Positions 26,420 to 37,587 of a stretch of 49,543 nucleotides of DNA are shown in pieces. The stretch spans positions 1-49,543 of the forward strand of contig JAQGDQ010001288.1 in assembly GCA_030141605.1 (NCBI GenBank). Direction: 5' to 3'. Source of the DNA: Tubiluchus corallicola. Its lineage: Eukaryota > Animalia > Priapulida. Below the pieces are notes generated by a model, which made no database searches, was not told where the DNA came from, and worked only from the letters and a program-made list of their open reading frames with translations. The translations under genes were made by a program, and so were the position numbers. Each line of letters begins with the position of its first letter. The stretch's first letter is position 1.

Positions 26420-27187
26420 CAGGGATGAGAATTTTCTGCGGATACGCGGAATTCCGAGTTTTTGGAAGACCAGTAGTTCCATTTTTGTAAATCGCGTAAA
26501 TTCGTTGAGAACATTTTTACGGACCCAGTACATTATTTCACAAGCTGACCGCTAGTTGGTAGGCCGTCACTTTGTTTACAACACGTACATCAGTGTAACA
26601 ACGCGTATATCTCTATGTATAAAAATATAGAATCAATTGTGCGGAGTTATTCGAGTCAATTGCAGACAGTTTTTATATACTTTTGCATAGGAGTGGCCAG
26701 TACTTAGGCGTTTTTGAGATAATTAGGTATCATGTATCCTTGATAGTTGGGTATTTTAAATTATGCACGAAACAAGGTAATTGATATTTTAAGTCCACTA
26801 ATAATGATTTTTTTTGCATCCGACCTGCGTACATCATTACTACTGCACTACTACACTCAAGAAACTATTTTAGAAGTTATTAAAATTTATATTACAAACC
26901 ATATATTTCTACTTTCAGGACAGATAGTGGTAATTTCATTACAATGCATATTAGTAGTGTGTATCACACGGTCTGTGTAGTACAGTGTTATTAAGCTACA
27001 ACTGTCTTGTAAGGGTTAATGGCATCCGATCTAGTAGAAAAAACTACCCGCACTATCTTTGGGATCGTGGCACGGACTTCAGCTGGATACACTCAATTAA
27101 TCGCCCGGTCCGCACTTTCATTAGTTTGACAAATCTCTTCGCGGTCCGCACAAATTCTCTCGGCGGGCCGCAATTTGCACACCCCTG
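26420..27187. mobile_element. Chimeric MITE: family A left part fused to family B right part
   Basis: Family A sequence to about 26799, then sequence matching about 281-662; ends CAGGG...CCCTG; no TSD. Confidence 0.85.
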
Positions 27188-27283
27188 CATCATAGGTCCA
27201 TATTCTTTGTTTTTTTTAATTTGTTTCGTAGTGAATTTCAAATTGAAAAATTTTAAATTGTTTCATTTTATATCGTATTGCAG

Positions 27284-28997
27284 ATCCAAGTGAAGCACAG
27301 ACTTCTTGGCCTAGAGCTGACGGATTTATTCGGAAATAATGGAGAAGATCAGTCGTCAGGAAAGCCGGGGGATTCACTTGGAGATAGTGAAGAAGATCAG
27401 ACAACGTCAAAAAAGGTCGGAATAGCCAAACATGCACCAATAAACATCTTGCTTACGCTGACAAGTGGAACGGATTACAAATGCATGTGGCAGATTGGTA
27501 ACATAGCAAACGAGACAGTCGATTACACCGATCGTGCCACGTCCCAGAACTTTGCCGTCGCTCGTCCAAACATCGTGCTCGAGGAAAACGGAGAGTACAC
27601 CATCGTTGTTACATGTTGGAATGGTTTAAAGGTTGCCGGAACGCTCGATTCCACCGACGTCGTCAGCGTATTGAGCGATTCCATTTCCGTTGTAGTTGCC
27701 GAGGCCATCGGAGACGTCTTTCTCCAACCGGACGGGTTTGTCTTTGGTACGGCCAGACCCGACGTCACGTGCAGGATCAGTCAAGGTACAGTGGAGGAAA
27801 ATAGTTGTGTTATTACGCTAGATGGCACCGTTTTGCCCATAACAAACTTTGATGAGGCAACGCTCACATGGACTGCATCTTTGAAAGAATACAACTTCAT
27901 TTCTGCAGAGGTCAAAAAGTTACAGTGTAACATTACTAGCATGACCGGCGCCGTATCTGGCACATTACCTTTCAGCGTTTCCTATACTTTGGGCGAGCTT
28001 ACTTTGAAATTGACCAATCGGAACGGCACAGAGATTCAGTACGGGCGTGCGGACGTCACTCTTGTGAAACTAACCGTTACAATCTCCAGTGGTTCGGGAC
28101 TTACCGTAACGTGTGATTTGGGAAATGGATTCGTCTGGATTGAACAAATGGAAATGGGATTCGCCGTTAGCGAGTTACGTCCTATACGCTTTGAGCACAC
28201 TTACTTCATTGTGGGCAACATCACAGTCAGGTGCAATGCTACAAACACCCTCCATCAAGTGACGTCCGGCGTGGCATGGATTAAAATTGAGAGTCCCATT
28301 CCGGACAACATTGACTTCAAACTTGGATGGGTCTGCAAGGACGACCCGCCTGCTTGCCCCCTTCCAATCCAGAACCCACAAATAGCTTACACTTATTTTT
28401 CTCTGGTCAACCCGGGACCTCATCCGGATCCCTCGGATCCCATGTGCTTGTTCGACTGCACGTTTGTTAACGGAACTGATTCGCGCTGGGTCCACGACGA
28501 ACCGGTTTCTTGCTACGATAAAGACGAAATGATCTGCCAGTACGACAGACTGGGCAAATCTACCATCTTTATGAAGATCTTCAACATGATAAATACTGTC
28601 TACGTGGAGAAGGTGCTACAGATAATGACGAATATCACGGGCGCCGTTGCCACCTGGAATAAGCCGTACGATGCCTGTGTGGATTCTACTTTCACGATTT
28701 CGCTCACTATAAGCACCGGAGAAGATGTCAGTGCTTACATAGATTTCGACTACGATGCCGAACCACGCTCTGATTCGCTGCCACCCTCTGATTCGCTGTC
28801 AGAGACTAAGCCAGTAGAAGCCGGTGCATCCGTTCCCGTGCAGTTTTCTCATACTTATACCAGCGTTGGTATGTTTCAAATAATGGTAACCGTTTTCAAT
28901 GATGCGGCTACGATCAACATTCCGTACGAAGTTTGGTCTCATCAGCGGGTCATGCAGCAGAATTACATATTGGAAAGCACTGCACCGCAGTTTACTG
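27284..28997 (+). CDS. PKD1-like exon 11, 1714-nt exon with several tandem PKD repeats
   Basis: ttgcag/gtatga inside the 606-aa ORF; GEYTIVVTCWNG, CDLGNG...HTYFIVGNITVRCNATN, IDFD...HTYTSVGMFQIMVTVFN. Confidence 0.95.
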
Positions 28998-29151
28998 GTA
29001 TGACATTATCTTTCACAAGTTTGTTAAAATGTTTTTTTTGCTTTTACAACCGATTTGTGTTTTTAATTTCAAACTTTGTAGTAAAACTATCATTCTGATT
29101 TTAAAAGGGGAGAGAATGCAATTTTGAAGTGTGTCCGAAAAAACTTTCCTA

Positions 29152-29673
29152 CCGGGATGAGAATTTTCCGCGGATACGCGGAATTCCGAGTTTTTGGAAG
29201 ACCAGTAGTGCCATTTTTGTAAATCACATAAATTCGTTGAGAAAATTTTTACGTATCCAATACATTATTTCACAAGCTGACCGCTAGTTGGCAGGCCGTC
29301 ACTTTGTTTACATCACGTACATCAGTGTAATAATGCGTATATCTCTATGTATAAAAATATAGAATCAATTGTGCGGAGTTATTTGAGTCAATTGCAGACA
29401 GTTTTTATATACTTTTGCATAGGAGCAGCCAGTACTTAGGCATTTTTTAGTCAATTAGGTATCATGTATATTTGATAGTTGGGTATTTTAAATTATGTAT
29501 GAAACAAGGTAATTGATATTTTAATTCCACTTAGAGGTTCTCTACGGTCACAAAATTGCAATTTGTTGCTGGCTACAAGGGGGCTTTGCCCCTCAACCCC
29601 ATTAGGGGCCTAGGTGGCCCCAAAAACCCCGGCATGTTTCAGAGTTTTTTGCAATTTGTCATTCTCATCCCTG
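29152..29673. mobile_element. MITE family A copy 4, inside a degenerate family C element
   Basis: ccgggatgag/ctcatccctg; right flank resembles the interior of 41023-41657. Confidence 0.85.
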
Positions 29674-30232
29674 CTTCCCAGTGTGCACCACTGACTCACC
29701 AAAAACACATAAAATAATTTATACTTTTGCTCAGTTAGTGAAATCCACGCTACGAATGGTCTATTTATTTTCTCAAACTTTGTGCAACGTCATCTAAACT
29801 TGTTTCAAACGATCTACCTTCAAAACAGCTGCTCCTAACCGTCATCGCGGGATTTTAAATGTAGAAGTTTTATGCAGGGTTGCTGCCTACACAAGTTCTC
29901 TATTCAATAAGAGAACTTAATGCCAGGCACGTGAGTGATACGACATTTCAAGATGAATTTTTTAGCTTGATGTATGTAAGTAAAGGATTTTCTAGAACTT
30001 AGACTTTCATTGAAGTCGTCATTAAAGTGAAACATGCGTTGTTAAGTGAATAAAAGGTCAAAAAGATCAGTGTCGTAAAACCAAACGTCGCTAAACGGGG
30101 AGCCATTAAGGGATGACTTACTGTACTTCTAATTTACAAATTGTTTTGTGTTAGACAAGTAATTTTTATGTATTTTCATTGCTTTGTCCAATAGCAATAA
30201 AATTAATCTATTTTTTGCTAATTTTTGTGCAG

Positions 30233-30459
30233 GAGTCCCACTGGAATTTAGGCTAATTTATGATGACTCGTCTGGCCTCCCTCCAGCCACCGATCCGCAG
30301 TGCAAAATGTGGTTCAATGACGGAACGATTCCTCCTGAAAATGTAACCATCCCGTGTGATGACCCATGGACGCATTCTTACAATACTTCTTCATTGGAAA
30401 ACAACGTAGCTAATCTGTATGTCAGTAACAAGTGCAATACGGAAAAGTTTACTATTAGG
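30233..30459 (+). CDS. PKD1-like exon 12, degenerate PKD repeat
   Basis: gtgcag/gtgagt; MWFNDG...THSY...LYVSNK; phase 1-0. Confidence 0.9.
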
Positions 30460-30600
30460 GTGAGTTGATTTTTTTTGTCTAGAAGAACTAGTTTCATGCT
30501 GTTTTCTTAATTCCTTCTTTTTCCTTTTTCTTATGACTTTTTCATCTCTCGTTTACTCCCTTTCTTCCTTACTTGCCTCCTGTTTGTCTCTTTTTGTCAC

Positions 30601-30852
30601 TAGCCAGCGTACGCCATTGGCCAGCATACGACATTAGCCAGCATACGACATTAGCCAGCGTACGACATTAGCGTACGACATTAGGTGTACGTCATTAGCC
30701 GGTGTACGTCATTAGCCAGTGTACGGCATTAACCGGTGTACGTCATTAGCTGGTGTACGTCATTAGCCAGTGCACGACATTAACCGGTGTATGACATTAA
30801 CCTGTGTACGTCATTAGCCAGTGTACGTCTTTAACCAGTGTATGTCATTAGC
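30601..30852. repeat. 17-bp minisatellite, about 14 copies
   Basis: tagcc(a/g)g(c/t)gtacg(a/t)cat. Confidence 0.9.
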
Positions 30853-31121
30853 CCATTTTCCTATAATTGTTGAAGAATCACACAAGCAGAAGTTTTTACA
30901 TCCATAAATGTGCACATATTATGTACTCATTTAGACAATCAGCCATTTGTAAGTTTTTGCTATTGAAATAACTGAGATCATCATTACTCGAGTAAGTACT
31001 GAATTCTAAAAATTGTTCGCACTTTCCTTTAATATGTCATGCAATCTTTCAGACGTATTTACATGAAACTGGTTAGTTTAACAATTCATATTAAAAAATT
31101 AAGAAATGATTATTTGCGTTT

Positions 31122-31484
31122 TTAAATAAATGGTAAACGGTATAGCAGCAATAAAGTCAGAGTCACGGTGGAAGATTTGTGACGATATCCCGCACCAGCA
31201 CTCTTTGGTTTTGTGTAGGCGTCAAGGCAGTCGTAGTATATATCCCCGGTTTTTGTATCTTTACAGCATTTTGTGTAGAAATCGGCTTTTTTTCCTTTCT
31301 CCATGGCGCAGTAGTAGCACACTCGTTTGGCCGTCACGCCCTCACTGTTACTGTCTACACACCTGCCCTTTTCGTAGGCCATGAGCCTTGATATGGTTAT
31401 CTTCTTTGTGCACCCGTTTACTGAAGTTAGCAGCACTACTAGGAGGACAGTTACTGCCAGGACGTGCTTCGTGCATGGCGCCAT
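31122..31484 (-). CDS. Nested gene A: 120-aa secreted Cys-rich protein, predicted GPI anchor, unknown family
   Basis: Hydrophobic 24-aa leader ending SVNG, 7 Cys, hydrophobic C-tail; ATG directly preceded by acceptor cttttcttgtccatag; ungapped paralog at 37588-37977. Confidence 0.9.
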   Translation of the reverse strand: MAPCTKHVLAVTVLLVVLLTSVNGCTKKITISRLMAYEKGRCVDSNSEGVTAKRVCYYCAMEKGKKADFYTKCCKDTKTGDIYYDCLDAYTKPKSAGAGYRHKSSTVTLTLLLLYRLPFI

Positions 31485-31601
31485 CTATGGACAAGAAAAG
31501 CGAAATCGTTCTATTAGCGAGCAATTTTTACATACAATTCGTATAACCACGAAGTGAAACCTGAATTGTTGCCAAGTTGTACTAGTGTTATGAACCCACT
31601 G

Positions 31602-32033
31602 CAGGGGCGGAACTAGGGGGGAGGGAGGGGGGCCCCTTGTCAAAATTTGCGCCCCCCCCCTGCAAAATCTGACAAATAATTTTTTTTGCAGTGAAAATTG
31701 CAGTTCGCATGTAATCATTTTCAATATGAATTAGAATTAGGTAAAAAAATGTTTGGTAGCTTCAGTGTTTTATTTTCTTAAAACTTGTGTGTGATAAATT
31801 TCTGTAAATATCAATTTAGTTAGAGGCACACTAATAACGTTAGATTAACTGAGAGTTAATTTTCTCATTATTGCTCTGTCCGCTACGCCGTCCTACACAC
31901 ACGCTAATTATAGGCCTGCATGCAGTATAAAAGGGGTTAAAATTGGCTTAACCATTATTTAACCACTTCGGATACCTCGCCCCACCCCCCAGTAGACCGC
32001 CCCCCCTGCTTGCCACATCTAGTTCCGGCCCTG
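31602..32033. mobile_element. hAT-like MITE in the intron of nested gene A
   Basis: TIR caggggcggaactag/ctagttccggccctg; 7/8 TSD ac(c/t)cactg. Confidence 0.8.
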
Positions 32034-32211
32034 ACTCACTGAACAATAAAATAAGCCTTTTCACAGTTTCAGCGAGTGATGATGATCGTCAAAAGGTCAA
32101 AGGTTAAGTGTACCAGACAACGCATTTGTGTACATTTGACAACGCCTTGTAACCCACGCTGTTGTAATACTAGCAGTTTTAACACAATTTAACAGCTAGC
32201 TAGAACCTTAC

Positions 32212-32340
32212 CTAGTTCATTTTTCTTGTTTCCAAGCAAAATCCTGCTAGTGAATGACTCTACACACAGACTAATGCATAAAGTCCACGCAAAACAACTG
32301 ATGTTACTGAACTGATGTGGCAGGCAGCTTTGCGGTTATA
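32212..32340 (-). promoter_or_regulatory. Putative promoter and non-coding first exon of gene A
   Basis: TATAA (32340-32336) about 27 nt before an initiator-like TCAGTT (32315-32310); exon ends TAG|gtaagg at 32212. Confidence 0.55.
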
Positions 32341-32581
32341 GTTAAGGCACATTGCTGGGCTATACAGCAACTGCGCGTGAGTGCAATGAAACTGTGAGAA
32401 GGCTTGTTTTTAATCTTGTGGGTGATTGAAATGACTTGTTAATAACTTGTTACTGTTGAGAAAGGTGTTTTAATCGGGTCACAGACAAACCTGAACATTT
32501 TAACTTTTTCACTTTTCAAATTTTTTGTCAGATTTGTGTAAACAAAGCCTTAGAAAAGATGCAAACTGTTATAGTAAGTCC

Positions 32582-33135
32582 CAGGGATGAGAATTTTCCG
32601 TGGATATGCGGAATTCCGAGTTTTTGGAAGACCAGTAGTGTCATTTTTGTAAATCGCGTAAATTCGTTGAGAAAATTTTACGGACCCAGCACATTATTTC
32701 AAAAGCTGACCGCTAGGTGGCAGGCCATCACTTTGTTTACATCACATACATCAGTGTAACCACATGTATATCTCTATGTATAAAAATATAGAATCAATTG
32801 TGTGGAGTTATTTTGGTCAATTGCAGACAGTTTTTATATACTTTTGCATAGGAGCGGCCAGTACTTAGGTGTTTTTGAGACAATTAGGTATCATGTATCC
32901 TTGATAGTTGGGTATTTTAAATTATGCATGAAACAAGGTAATTGATATTTTAAGTGCACTTAGAGGTTCTCTACGGTCACAAAATTGCAATTTGTTGCTG
33001 GCTCCAAGGGCGCTTTGCCTCTCAACCCCATTGGGGGCCTAGGTGTCTGTGGTCACAAAATTTCAATTTCAGCACCTATGCCCCAAAACCCCCGGCCTGT
33101 TTCAGAGTTTTTTGCAATTTGTCATTCTCATCCCT
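32582..33135. mobile_element. MITE family A copy 5, inserted in the TIR of the Tigger-like element
   Basis: cagggatgag/ctcatccctg; 6-bp flanking repeat aagtcc. Confidence 0.9.
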
Positions 33136-33376
33136 GAAGTCCTCACTTAATTACTCCCTGATTAACAATATTTCGTTTTAACGACTCTGAACATTTTGCT
33201 CACTAAACAATGCTCGTTTCACTTTAACAACAATTTTTTTACTTTACTTAAAGCCATTTTTCATTTTGACAACAACATTTTTGCCTAATTTGAAGTATTA
33301 AAACAGCACATGTTGTGTTATTCTGTTCAGAAACTTGGTAATAACATAAAGCAGCACAATTATTACTCATGTTTTT

Positions 33377-33566
33377 GCTTCGTTACCGTTGTTGATAGAG
33401 TAGGAAGGCAGGTAAGTGTGGCTTCGTTAGCCCTGTTGGTAGAGTAGGCAGGTAGGCAAGTGCGGCTTCGTTACCGCTGTTGATAGGGTGGCAAAGGCAG
33501 GTAAGTGTGGCTTCGTTATCGTTGTTGATAGAGTAGGAAGGCAGGTAAGTGTGGCTTCGTTACCGT
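33377..33566. repeat. 44-bp minisatellite, about 4 copies
   Basis: gcttcgttaccgttgttgatagagtaggaaggcaggtaagtgtg. Confidence 0.85.
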
Positions 33567-34011
33567 GACTACTAAATGCTAGCCATTTATAACAATGAGA
33601 TCTAGTTTAGTTTTGCATGCCTACAGGCATCTGGGTGCAAACTTTATGTGAAGGAATTTTGGCTGTCACCTATTGCTATAGCAACCAGTATCCAGAAGAA
33701 ATGGTCTCAAAGATGCTGCTAGGGTGTGGCTTTTACTAGGCAGTGTTTAATCATTAACTGCGAGTAGGACTTCAGTGTTAATGAAGAGAAACTGCTAGCT
33801 TGGTATTGGTAATAACATTAACATAATTAACGTAAAAATTAACATAGAAATTAACATAAAAATATGACGAAAACTCACGAAATAATATAATAATAATAAT
33901 AATAATAATCTTTATTTAAAGTCGGCTTTTGGGTCAACAATTAACATGAGCTCAAAGAGCTATTATCGCCGACTCTAAATAACAACCTACAACTACATAA
34001 CAGAGACTATT

Positions 34012-34162
34012 ATTACCCCACTTTTACCCTAAATACCATGCGTCAGGCAGGGCAAAGCAGGTACCATTTTTAAAGTCTTTGGTATTACCCGGCTGCTGGT
34101 TCGAACTCACGACCTCCCAGACGGAAAGCAGACGCATTACCACTAAACTAAACCGTCTGGTC
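34012..34162 (-). mobile_element. tRNA-derived SINE, MetaSINE-like core
   Basis: A box tagtttagtgg, B box gagttcgaacc, then taccaaagactttaaaaatggtacctgct. Confidence 0.7.
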
Positions 34163-34449
34163 AAAACATTTAGTTTATATGGATTAAGCAGCATTGTTTT
34201 TTGGCTCTGGAACGTATCTCAGTTCTTTTACATTACTTTCTATGAATGTTTTGGTTTCATTTAACGACGTTTCGCTTAACATCGCATTTTGCTGGAACGC
34301 ATTAGCATCGTTAAGCGTGGACTTACTGCATTAGGAAAATTGTCATTGATTGGTTTTCCTAATAAAGGTAGAGTGTTAACATTGATGATAAATTCGTTTT
34401 AATTACTATTACTACTACAGTATTTAGTTATGTAATTACGAATAATATC

Positions 34450-35110
34450 TGTGTGTTTGCATAGCAAAAACGTCCATAAGTCGGCAATTAGGCTCTTCTA
34501 GTTATTCACATATCCTGAATTTCCATTTCATGAGGATCATTTTGGTACCAAGCTCATCGCTCTATGTTATTTCTAAGCTGAGATAATCTACGTTGAAGTT
34601 GAGGTGCAGGCTTCACACTGAAAAACATAACCTTGAGAAAATCACTGTTAAAGTCAGCCATTGTTTTTTGTTACGTGTCTACAAAACTCTTAGCAAAAGT
34701 ACAAATGTTGGTTGCTACGGACTTTGCAAGAGCACATTGAAGTTATGTTTAAATCCAGTAGGTGGCTTTTCCTGGCTCAGATCTGGGCTTGGCAACAGCA
34801 AAAACCCGAAGCAAAATGACTGCTTCCATGAGCTACTATTGAAGTTTGAAAATACAAGTTTTTTACAATTGCAGTAGTAGTTTCTTGGCAGAAAAGTGGG
34901 TAAGGAGTAATAAAATAGATTTTTAGTAGTTTTTGGACATTTTCCTGATAATCTGATGCTAGAATATAAAAGTCCAATACATTTAGCATTTGTTTTCAGA
35001 AAAATAAAAAATCGACATTTGACCAAATTTTTGGTGCTTTCTACTTTTTAGCATCATAACGTAGTTTTGACTATGCCGACTTGTGGACGGTTTTGGTTTG
35101 CAAGCACACA
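34450..35110. mobile_element. Family F element copy 2
   Basis: Colinear with 8488-9070. Confidence 0.75.
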
Positions 35111-35576
35111 TTTTATAATTTCATATTTACCTTCATAATGTGTAATTGCATATCTAGTGTGCTATACAGGTACAACGGAGTGTTGGAGCTTCGACGAATA
35201 TCTTAGAGCCAAAATAGTTGTATTTTGAGTTAATAAAATGTCTGCATGTTGTCTTTATCAAAGCTGCTCTGTCACATGAGCCATTTTCTTGCCATGTGCT
35301 CCTTGAAATGCCAGTTTTATCCTTTTCCAGGATGAAAGATGAAAGTGACTTCTACACCTTTATGTCATCTGCTCACACAGTTTCCTGTGGTTGCGCACTT
35401 TTGCCTGGTATTCTCTTGCATTTTTGTAAAGAAAACAGGCCAGCCTGCAATCCTACTTCAGCAACAAGATGTTCTAAATGCACCTTCTAATTGTAGAACA
35501 ATATAACTATTATTGCAGAGTGAACCGAAACAATGGTTAGAGCGTAGAAACAATGAGTTTTATTGTTCCTTTGTGT

Positions 35577-36028
35577 CAGTGGCGGCTGGTACATAGGCAC
35601 TGCGGAACTGCAGCACCCCCTATTTTCACTGGCTATTATCGATAACATTCAATATAGTGAGTCATTTTTTTTCCTTTAATTCTTTGTTCATCTTTGTACA
35701 TTATATAATCCTTATGCTTAATGCCAGTAGCCACTTCCTAGTTTATGAAAAAATTACTAGAATCCTTATATGGAACTGTGCGCTTCACAGTTCCAGTAAT
35801 GTGGTGTTTGGCTGTTATGCACATGCGACCATGTCTGAGATAAGAAGCTGCATGCTAGATAGAGAAAGCACTGTCGCTCACGCAGTGCCGACTCTGTTGT
35901 GCAAGTGTAAGGTAGTGTTTCTTTTTGACTAAATTTTCTTTTTATGTGTTTGTATCATTTCACACAATATTAAAACAATGGCTAAACATTTACAGCACCC
36001 TACTAGTTTTAACTACGAGCTGCCACTG
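35577..36028. mobile_element. hAT-like MITE family D
   Basis: cagtggcggct.gt/acgagctgccactg; related copy about 38095-38635. Confidence 0.7.
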
Positions 36029-36841
36029 TTTTGTATCTGCTTTCCTAGAGCTTCTTAAAGCATTTGGTAATGTTTTTGAGACAGTTGCATTTGTTGTTTT
36101 AGAAAGATATGGTAGATCAGAAGTACTTGAATTAAATTAGATTTTTATTTTTTTTTCTTATGCAGTCATACATACAATGTCACATTACTAACACAGAACA
36201 AGAAAAAGTACTTCCATATATATATATTTAGTGATGCCTGAAAGCACTTAGACAATAAAGATGTACAAACGCATGAGTCAAACTACTAATGAAATTCTGT
36301 TGTCACTGAGCATTCTGACTGATCATTCAAGTATAACAACACTAGGACAAAACAGAATTTTTGTGAAAGTAAAAAAATGAATTTAAACTATGCCGCAGAA
36401 GAAAAACTAAATTATGAAATCTACTGGTATCATCAACGTGAATTAATTATTGAAGTTTTCACTCAAAATGAAATGCACGAGATGCTCTTATATTCACTTA
36501 TTAATTCAAAATTGGATATATTGTATTGAATTTTTTGAATATATGTCTATTGTTACTAATTATCTATATCCACCTCTGTATTGTGTATTGCATTAATTTT
36601 TAATTTGCAAAATAAATGATATATATATACATATATTTGTGCTAAGAACTAACCTTAGTTGTTGAAGAACTGAACAAGTCATTAGTACTATAGTACATAC
36701 ACAATATGCACACACTGCATGCACAATGCACATTCAGACAGTCTGTCATTTTTAACTGTTATAACTATGATAAAATGTTACACTAAAACGAGCATTACAG
36801 CTAACATTTGTACATACATTCCTTTCGATACATGTCAAATG

Positions 36842-37538
36842 CAGCATGTCCTCGCTTAACGATGCTAATGCGTTCCAGCAAAATGCGACGTTAAGCGAAA
36901 CGTCGTTAAACGAAACCAAGACCTCCAGAGCAAATAATGTAAAAGAATTGAGGTACGATCTAGAAGCAGAAATCAATGCTGATTAAATCATACACATCAA
37001 ACGTTGTATGAGTTTTATTCATATTTCTACCGATTAATTTCTTTCTGTTCGCTTGAAACCACCTATCTTTCTTACCAGTATCTAGCTAGACTTGCTAGCG
37101 GTCTCTTGAAGCCTACGCATAGGCAGTTACCAGTTAAACACTGCGTAGTGAAAGCCAAGCCCTGCACGAGGCGACCTTGAGACAATTTCAGGTAATAGTA
37201 ATGGTTGTTTTATAGCAACAAGTTTGAGCCATAATCTTTGGCATAAAGTTTAAACTCATGTGACTGGAGGCGTATAGATCAGCAAATAGATCTGGCCTGA
37301 TTCAAACGGCTAGAATTTAGTACGTCTTCAGTCGGGAAGCAGAAACACTATAATAATTGCACTTCTTAGGTTACTAATGTGTTTTACTAATTAGAATTAC
37401 ACAATATGTACCGTTTTAATGCTTCAAATTAGGTAAAAAAAAGTTGTTGACAATATAAAAATGGTTGCGAGCAAAGCAAAAAATCGTCGTTAAAATGGGA
37501 CGTCGTTAAATGGGGAGTCGTTAAGCGAGGACTTACTA
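36842..37538. mobile_element. Tigger/pogo-like element, inverted relative to 32572-34328
   Basis: TIR gtcctcgcttaacga/tcgttaagcgaggac. Confidence 0.75.
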
Positions 37539-37587
37539 TAATTCATTCAGGCCTTTTATTAGAAAACTGGCTAGCTTACCTAGTCAC

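Larger units (their letters stand above)
32572..34328. mobile_element. Tigger/pogo-like non-autonomous element with nested insertions
   Basis: agtaagtcc(tc.cttaa) and ttaagcgtggacttactg ends; inverted homolog 36842-37538. Confidence 0.7.

Noticed and set aside
27278-29098. Stand-alone 606-aa gene
   Set aside because: No ATG start; it is an internal exon (27284-28997) and the hydrophobic tail is intron read-through
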